Origin: Alphaproteobacteria bacterium
Lineage (GTDB): Bacteria; Pseudomonadota; Alphaproteobacteria; CALKHQ01
Direction: 5' to 3'
DNA length: 64,000 nucleotides
NCBI GenBank assembly: GCA_965227515.1
Contig: CBDDFZ010000001.1
Location: forward strand, 2,176,001-2,240,000
In this document: positions 58,027-64,000 of the stretch, in pieces
How positions within the stretch are numbered: position 1 is the first letter of the stretch
Layout: each line of letters opens with the position of its first letter
Program-made: the position numbers and the translations under genes
Notes under the pieces: generated by a model
The model's database searches: none
Told to the model about the DNA's origin: nothing
What the model saw: the letters and a program-made list of their open reading frames with translations, nothing else

Positions 58027-58940
58027 GCTTCAGCGACCTCCCCATCATCGACGCCCACCACCATCTGTGGGACCTGGAAACGAACAGCTATCCGTGGCTG
58101 CAGAAACGCCCGCCGGCGCCGGAGGACGTGTTCGTCGGCGATATCCGGCCGCTGCGCCACAGTTATCTGCTGGACGACTTCAAGGCCGATATCGGCGACC
58201 TCAGCGTGGTCAAGTCGGTGCACCTGCAGGCCGACCACGACCCGGCCGATCCGGTGGCGGAGACGCGCTGGCTGCAGGCGGTGGCGGACGCGCCCGGCTC
58301 CGGCGGCTTCCCGCACGCCATCGTTGCCTATGCGGACCTGTCCGACCCGTCCGTGGGCGATGTGCTGGCCGCGCACGCCGCGTTCGCCAATGTGCGTGGC
58401 ATCCGCCAGATCCTGAACACCCACGACGAAACCAAATACGCGCACGTCGACGTGCCTTTTATGGACGAGCCGCGCTGGGAGCAGGGCTATGGCCGGCTGG
58501 CCGAGCACGGCATGTCGTTCGACCTCCAGCTCTATCCGCACCAGATGGCGCAGGCGGCGGCGATCGTGGCCCGGCATCCGGACATTCCGGTGATCGTCAA
58601 CCACACCGGCATGCCGATCCGCCGCGACGACGCCGGCCGAACCTATTGGCGGGGCGAACTGGCGCGACTGGCCGCGCTGCCGCACGTGGCGATCAAGATC
58701 TCCGGCCTCGGCATGCTCGACCACCAGTGGGACGAATTGTCGATCCGCCCGTTCGTGCTCGACACCATCGACCTGTTCGGCGCCGACCGTTGCCTGTTCG
58801 CCTCCAACTTCCCGGTCGACAAGCTGTTCAGCAGCTATGCAGCGATCTGGCGGGCGTTCGATGCGATCACCGCCGAGTTCAGCGAGCACGAGCGCCGTGC
58901 CCTGTTCCACGACAACGCGGCGCGCATCTACCGCATCTAG
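58023..58940 (+). CDS. Amidohydrolase-2 family (sugar lactonase-like)
   Basis: IDAHHHLW, RGIRQ, NHTGMP, KISG, FASNFPVD, NAARIY. Confidence 0.9.
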   Translation: MSFSDLPIIDAHHHLWDLETNSYPWLQKRPPAPEDVFVGDIRPLRHSYLLDDFKADIGDLSVVKSVHLQADHDPADPVAETRWLQAVADAPGSGGFPHAIVAYADLSDPSVGDVLAAHAAFANVRGIRQILNTHDETKYAHVDVPFMDEPRWEQGYGRLAEHGMSFDLQLYPHQMAQAAAIVARHPDIPVIVNHTGMPIRRDDAGRTYWRGELARLAALPHVAIKISGLGMLDHQWDELSIRPFVLDTIDLFGADRCLFASNFPVDKLFSSYAAIWRAFDAITAEFSEHERRALFHDNAARIYRI

Positions 58941-59075
58941 CCCGTCCCGCTTTAAGGGTGTTTTGCTTGCCTGTGTGAATGTCGGGGCGAGCTTGCCGGT
59001 TGGATTTTCAACCGGTATCGTTCGTGCGTTCGGTTCTGTTCTTCAATCCGATAGTCGAAGTGAGATGTCCCCCAC

Positions 59076-60287
59076 ATGAAACAGCGACACCCCCAATCCG
59101 TGTTCTCTTGCCTGGCCGCGCTGGCGGCCCTGACCTTCGTCGCCGGCTGCCAGTCCGGCGGTTCGGGCGGAGGGACGACGGCTGCGGCTTCATCTGCGCC
59201 GTCAGCGGCACCGGTCCAGACCGCGAGTGCCGCGGTGCCGGAGGACACGGGCGGTGCCATCGTTGTCGCCACCGCGGGGCCGATGTCCGGTCAGTACGCG
59301 GCGTTCGGCGAGCAGATGGAGCAGGGCGCCCGGCTGGCGGTCGACGACATTAACGCGGCTGGCGGGGTGCTGGGCCAGGACATGATGCTGGTAGTGGGGG
59401 ACGACCAGTGCCAAGAGGGCAATGCGGCAAGCGTCGCCAGTAGCCTCGTTGCCCAGGGTGCGGGATTCGTCGCCGGCCATTTCTGTTCGATTACATCGAT
59501 GCGTGCGGGCGAGGTTTACCAGCGCGAAAATGTCCTCATGATCTCGCCAGCCTCGACCAATAATGCTGTCACCGAAACGGGCGGTGCCAACGTCTTTCGC
59601 GTGTCAGGTCGCGACGACCAGCAAGGACGAATTGCTGGCGCTTACATCGCTGCTAACTACGCCGGTGTGCCAGTGGGCATCGTGCACGACGAAAGTGCTT
59701 ACGGAGAAAGCCTGGCGCGAACCGCGGAGCAAACGCTGCGAGCCAGCGGCGTGACCAACATTGTTGTGCGCGATTTTCGCAGCGGTGGTTCGGACTATTC
59801 CGGTGTCGTGAGCGCTCTGGAGGCGGCAGGCGTTGGGGTCGTCTACTTCGGTGGATGGGTGGACGACGCCTCGGTCATCCTGCGCCAGATGCGCGAGGTT
59901 GGCATGACGGCGCAGTTCATCGGCAGTGACTCGCTCGTGACCGATGAATTTTGGGCGCGCATCGGCACCATGGCCGAGGGCGTGCTGATGACCTTCGGTC
60001 CCGACCCGCGCAATTTCTCAACGGCGGCCGACACGGTCGCCCGGTTCCGCGCGTCGGGCTACGAGCCCGAGGGTTACACGCTCTACACCTATGCCACGAT
60101 GCAGGTGTTTGCTCAGGCCGCGCAGTTGGCCGGCTCGACGTCGCCGTCCGCGATGATCCCGGTGCTCAGGTCGAATACCTTCGACACGGTGATCGGCCCC
60201 GTCAGTTTCGATGCGAAGGGCGATGTCCGCCAGCCGGCCTATGTATTCTACGAGTGGAGCAACGGCACTTACGCGGAAGTGCGCTGA
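59076..60287 (+). CDS. Branched-chain amino-acid ABC substrate-binding lipoprotein (LivK/LivJ-like), no cognate permease nearby
   Basis: Lipobox VAGC; GPMSGQYA, DDQC, GHFCS, SPAST, FRVSGRDDQQG, FDAKGD. Confidence 0.9.
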   Translation: MKQRHPQSVFSCLAALAALTFVAGCQSGGSGGGTTAAASSAPSAAPVQTASAAVPEDTGGAIVVATAGPMSGQYAAFGEQMEQGARLAVDDINAAGGVLGQDMMLVVGDDQCQEGNAASVASSLVAQGAGFVAGHFCSITSMRAGEVYQRENVLMISPASTNNAVTETGGANVFRVSGRDDQQGRIAGAYIAANYAGVPVGIVHDESAYGESLARTAEQTLRASGVTNIVVRDFRSGGSDYSGVVSALEAAGVGVVYFGGWVDDASVILRQMREVGMTAQFIGSDSLVTDEFWARIGTMAEGVLMTFGPDPRNFSTAADTVARFRASGYEPEGYTLYTYATMQVFAQAAQLAGSTSPSAMIPVLRSNTFDTVIGPVSFDAKGDVRQPAYVFYEWSNGTYAEVR

Positions 60288-60375
60288 TCGCCGGCCCTCG
60301 GCAAGCCATGCGTACCGCGCATGGCTGAGGTGATCGGCTTCGCAGCCGATTGACGGCCCCGACGGCGCGTGTCAC

Positions 60376-61341
60376 TTGGAAGGGCTGCCGATATCGCGCC
60401 GCGCATTCGCCGGCCCGGCTGCCGGACCAACGACGATCGCCTTTCACGCACCGCAAGCGCCGGTCGCCCGGCCCAGGAGATCGGAAAGCGCGCGCGGCAT
60501 CATCTACATGCTGGGCGCGATGTTCCTGTTCGTATCGGTCGACACCCAGGCAAAGGTGTTGTCGGAAACCGTGCCGGTCCTGCAAATCGCCTGGGCCCGG
60601 CTGATGGGGCTCGGGCTCGGCGCCCTGGGGCTTCTGATCGTACGCGGCCCCGGCCTGTTGCGCACCCGCCACCCGGTCATCCAGGTGACGCGCGGCTTTC
60701 TGGTTGTCGGCTCGTCGGTCCTGTTCATTATCGCCATCACCTACGTGCCGTTGGTGGATGCCGTCGCGGTGGCCTTCGTCGCCCCGCTGCTGGTCACCAT
60801 CATGGGGGCCATATTCCTGCGCGAGCCGGTGGGCATTCACCGCTGGGGCGCGGTGGTCGTCGGCTTTGTCGGCGCCATGATCGTGATACGGCCCGGGCTT
60901 GGGGTCGTGCATCCGGCGGCCCTGCTGGTGCTGGGTGCGGCGGGCATGTTCGCGGTGCGCCAGGTGATCTCGCGGATGGTCAGCGACTCCGACAGCACGC
61001 TCACCACCGTCGCCTACACCTCGCTGGTCGGCATCGTGCTGATATCGCTGCCGCTGCCGTTCATCTGGGAGACGCCGCAAACGACGCAGGAGGTGGTGAT
61101 GCTCGTCGCTATCGGCCTGATCGCGGCGTGCGCCGAATTCCTGCTGATCCGTGCGCTGGAAGTGGCGCAGGCGGTCGTGGTGGCGCCGATGCAATACACC
61201 ATGCTGGTCTGGAGCGCGATCTATGGCGTGCTTGTGTTCAGCTACTTCCCGGATATCTGGACCTGGGTCGGCTCGCTGATCATCGTGGCCTCCGGCCTCT
61301 ACACGTTCCACCGCGAGCGGGTGCGCCAGCAAGTCGGCTGA
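60376..61341 (+). CDS. DMT/EamA-family transporter
   Basis: About 10 TM segments; FLREPVGIHRW, APMQY, GSLIIVASGLY..RE. Confidence 0.88.
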   Translation: MEGLPISRRAFAGPAAGPTTIAFHAPQAPVARPRRSESARGIIYMLGAMFLFVSVDTQAKVLSETVPVLQIAWARLMGLGLGALGLLIVRGPGLLRTRHPVIQVTRGFLVVGSSVLFIIAITYVPLVDAVAVAFVAPLLVTIMGAIFLREPVGIHRWGAVVVGFVGAMIVIRPGLGVVHPAALLVLGAAGMFAVRQVISRMVSDSDSTLTTVAYTSLVGIVLISLPLPFIWETPQTTQEVVMLVAIGLIAACAEFLLIRALEVAQAVVVAPMQYTMLVWSAIYGVLVFSYFPDIWTWVGSLIIVASGLYTFHRERVRQQVG

Positions 61342-61408
61342 GTGATTTTTCCCCAACTTGACACGGTCACGTCACGACCACGCCACTATCCTCATCCAGA
61401 TAACGGTC

Positions 61409-61444
61409 CCAATAAGACCAATAAGCCCAACAAGAACAATAAGA
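61409..61444 (+). repeat. 4 x 9-bp A-rich tandem repeat directly before an RBS
   Basis: CCAATAAGA CCAATAAGC CCAACAAGA ACAATAAGA followed by AGGAGG. Confidence 0.8.
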
Positions 61445-61455
61445 AGGAGGCAGGA

Positions 61456-62508
61456 ATGAAAACCCTGACCCATGCAGCCGCCATCGCGCTCTTTGGCACG
61501 CTGGCGCCCCTTGCCGCCCAGGCCGATCAGGCCGACGACTTCATCATCGTTCTGCAGGAAGCGGCCGCCGCCGAGCAGGTCGCGTTCGCGGACGTGGAAA
61601 AACTCGACAACGGATGGGTCGAGATCCACGACCTGGACGTACTCGGGCAATTGCTGGCGGCAACGCCAATACCGGCGCTGGAAGGCGGCGATCCCGATGC
61701 TTCCGAAGTCATTCTGACTGTCGATACGCTGCGCCTGAGCCCCTATGCCATGGCGCATCTGCAATTCATGCTTGTCGGCATCCCGGGTCAAACCGTCGAG
61801 ATCGGCATCGAAGCCGAAGGCGTCAGCCTATTCCTCGGCGCGTTGAGCGGTATCGAGCCATTCGACCGGCTGCCGGGATACCTGGGCGATCGCACCGAGA
61901 TCTCCGGCGATCTCGACATGTCCATCGTGCGCGCGCCAGAAGACCACGGGGCCACAGTCGATATCCAGATCGTACTGGCGGACATGGGCCAGATCGCGGT
62001 CCACTACCAACCGCTCAGCGCCCAGGACGCGGCCTTGGACGTGGCGCTGACCGATGGCAGCGGCCATGACGTCCTCGGCCTGTCGACCTTCTTCGTGCGG
62101 ACGTGGTTCGAGATCGCCTTGGCCAACATGGCCGTGTTTGCGCAAGTGGCGCTGCCGGTCGAAGACCTGCCACCGGAAATGACGGCGATGGTCGAGGAGG
62201 TCGAGGCACAGCTGACAGCGATGAGAGACGGTATCGCCGCCATGCCGGCGACCGGCGAAGAGGCTGCCGGCCGACTGGCCTTGTGGGCCAACGAGATGGC
62301 GCAGGCGCTGCCGGAGTTTGCCGACACGCTCCACGCGTTCGCGCAGTTCGCCGAGGCCGAGGGCACGCTCGATCTGGCAATGAACACAGGCGGGTCGGGT
62401 GAAGGCTTAGGCGACTTCGTCGGCTTCCAGAGCCTGAACGATGCCAATATGATAGCGCGCGTTCTGCAGGCATTGGCGCTGCAGGCGACATTCTCGCCGG
62501 ACGAGTAG
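61456..62508 (+). CDS. Secreted acidic hypothetical protein
   Basis: AGGAGG RBS, signal peptide ending AQA; no recognised motif. Confidence 0.75.
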   Translation: MKTLTHAAAIALFGTLAPLAAQADQADDFIIVLQEAAAAEQVAFADVEKLDNGWVEIHDLDVLGQLLAATPIPALEGGDPDASEVILTVDTLRLSPYAMAHLQFMLVGIPGQTVEIGIEAEGVSLFLGALSGIEPFDRLPGYLGDRTEISGDLDMSIVRAPEDHGATVDIQIVLADMGQIAVHYQPLSAQDAALDVALTDGSGHDVLGLSTFFVRTWFEIALANMAVFAQVALPVEDLPPEMTAMVEEVEAQLTAMRDGIAAMPATGEEAAGRLALWANEMAQALPEFADTLHAFAQFAEAEGTLDLAMNTGGSGEGLGDFVGFQSLNDANMIARVLQALALQATFSPDE

Positions 62509-62603
62509 GGTTCCAGGCCGACACCCGCGCGCCCAAGCGCCGCGCCGCAACCTTGTGGCGGCGGCGGGCGCGCGGCTGTACGATCCGGGCATGTATCATT
62601 TGC

Positions 62604-62732
62604 TAGATCATGATCATCTGAGCCTGCGCCGGCCAGCACACCCACCCAGCCGCCCAACGGTAGTATCCTGTCTGGGTGGCCGGGTGGGGGTGCGGGCCGG
62701 TGCCGGCTTCAGCGAAAGCTGATCCCGATCTA
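62604..62732. mobile_element. MITE-like palindromic element (copy 2)
   Basis: TA-bounded imperfect TIRs TAGATCATGATCA and TGATCCCGATCTA; core homologous to 15754-15845 in reverse orientation. Confidence 0.68.
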
Positions 62733-62752
62733 ATTTCCGCGAGGAGAGCCCG

Positions 62753-63988
62753 ATGACCCCAGCGCAAGCCGCCGCCAATGCAGAGGCGCCGGCGTCCAGC
62801 AAGCCCGCCACCCGACCGACGTTCGCGTGGGAAGACCCATTGCTGCTGGAAGACCAGCTGGAGGAGGACGAGCGCCTGGTGCGCGACACCGCGCGCGACT
62901 ACTGCCAGGAAAAGCTGATGCCGCGCGCGCTGCAGGCGCACCGCGAGGAGCGGTTCGACCGCGAGATCATGAACGAGCTGGGCGCGCTCGGCATGCTGGG
63001 GTCGACGCTGCCCGAAGAGTATGGCTGCGCCGGCGTCAACCACGTCTGCTACGGCCTGGTGGCGCGCGAGGTGGAGCGGGTCGATTCCAGCTACCGCTCG
63101 GCGCTCAGCGTCCAGTCCAGCCTGGTTATGCACCCGATCCACGCCTATGGCTCCGAGGAGCAACGCCGGAAGTACCTGCCCAAGCTTGCCACCGGCGAGT
63201 GGGTCGGCTGCTTCGGGCTGACCGAGCCGGACTTCGGCTCCGACGCCGGCGGCATGGCCAGCCGCGCGCGCAAGGTCGACGGCGGCTTCGTGCTGAAGGG
63301 CGCGAAGATGTGGATCACCAACTCGCCGATCGCCGACATCGCCGTGGTGTGGGCAAAGGACGAGGAGGGGGTCATCCGCGGCTTCATCCTGGAGCGCGCG
63401 ATGGAGGGGTTCTCCACGCCCAAGATCGAAGGCAAGTTCTCGCTGCGCATCTCCACCACCGGCGAGATCGTGATGGAGGACGTGTTCGTTCCGGAGGAGA
63501 ACCTGCTGCCCAACGTTAGTGGCCTGAAGGGGCCGTTCGGCTGCCTGAACAAGGCGCGCTACGGCATTGCCTGGGGCGCGCTGGGTGCGGCGGAGTTCTG
63601 CTGGCATGCCGCGCGAGAGTACACGCTGGAGCGCAAGCAGTTCGGCCGGCCGCTGGCCGCCAACCAGCTCATCCAGAAGAAGCTCGCCGACATGCAGACG
63701 GAAATCACCCTCGGCTTGCAGACCTGTCTGCGCCTGGGCCGGCTGATGGACGAGGGGCGCGGCGCGCCGGAGATGATCTCCATGCTCAAGCGCAACTCAT
63801 GCGGCAAGGCGCTGGAGATCGCGCGCACGGCCCGGGACATGCATGGCGGCAATGGCGTGGCCGACGAATATCACGTCATTCGCCACGTCATGAACCTGGA
63901 GGCCGTGAACACCTATGAGGGGACGCACGACATCCACGCGCTGATTCTGGGCCGCGCGCAGACCGGCCTGCAGGCATTTACCGGCTGA
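62753..63988 (+). CDS. gcdH: Glutaryl-CoA dehydrogenase
   Basis: [56 protein letters not shown]. Confidence 0.93.
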   Translation: MTPAQAAANAEAPASSKPATRPTFAWEDPLLLEDQLEEDERLVRDTARDYCQEKLMPRALQAHREERFDREIMNELGALGMLGSTLPEEYGCAGVNHVCYGLVAREVERVDSSYRSALSVQSSLVMHPIHAYGSEEQRRKYLPKLATGEWVGCFGLTEPDFGSDAGGMASRARKVDGGFVLKGAKMWITNSPIADIAVVWAKDEEGVIRGFILERAMEGFSTPKIEGKFSLRISTTGEIVMEDVFVPEENLLPNVSGLKGPFGCLNKARYGIAWGALGAAEFCWHAAREYTLERKQFGRPLAANQLIQKKLADMQTEITLGLQTCLRLGRLMDEGRGAPEMISMLKRNSCGKALEIARTARDMHGGNGVADEYHVIRHVMNLEAVNTYEGTHDIHALILGRAQTGLQAFTG

Positions 63989-64000
63989 GCATTCGGCGCC

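Overview
High-GC alphaproteobacterial chromosome segment, probably Rhodospirillales-like; the taxon is inferred from gene order and protein motifs only. The core backbone is smc (5' end)-dsbA-DUF721-mutY-HAD-ATM1-type ABC-rpmB, yhhQ/tgt, upp, hldE, rne, amiC-mrcA, birA, mtnK, galM and gcdH, interspersed with sugar-metabolism, transport and redox genes. A lower-GC insert at ~42.6-46.3 kb encodes an OLD-family nuclease plus a UvrD-like helicase (Gabija-like). The best leads are: (1) a MauG/CcP-family diheme protein fused to a beta-helix, with His at the Tyr/Met axial-ligand position; (2) a yhhQ-[class III cyclase-TM2 fusion]-tgt cluster whose TGT has a queuine-type pocket; (3) three tandem paralogous 4-Cys secreted proteins; (4) a small secreted SFPD-repeat protein that may be 7_1-knotted; (5) two MITE-like copies whose palindromic core is inverted relative to the arms; (6) a TetR-controlled DUF1348/Tat-cysteine hydrolase/YHS module with four operator-like sites; (7) a pseudo-receiver PleC/DivJ-like kinase behind two CtrA-like boxes. 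No rRNA, tRNA, CRISPR array, integrase or transposase was seen. All family calls are by-eye motif recognition; no searches were run.
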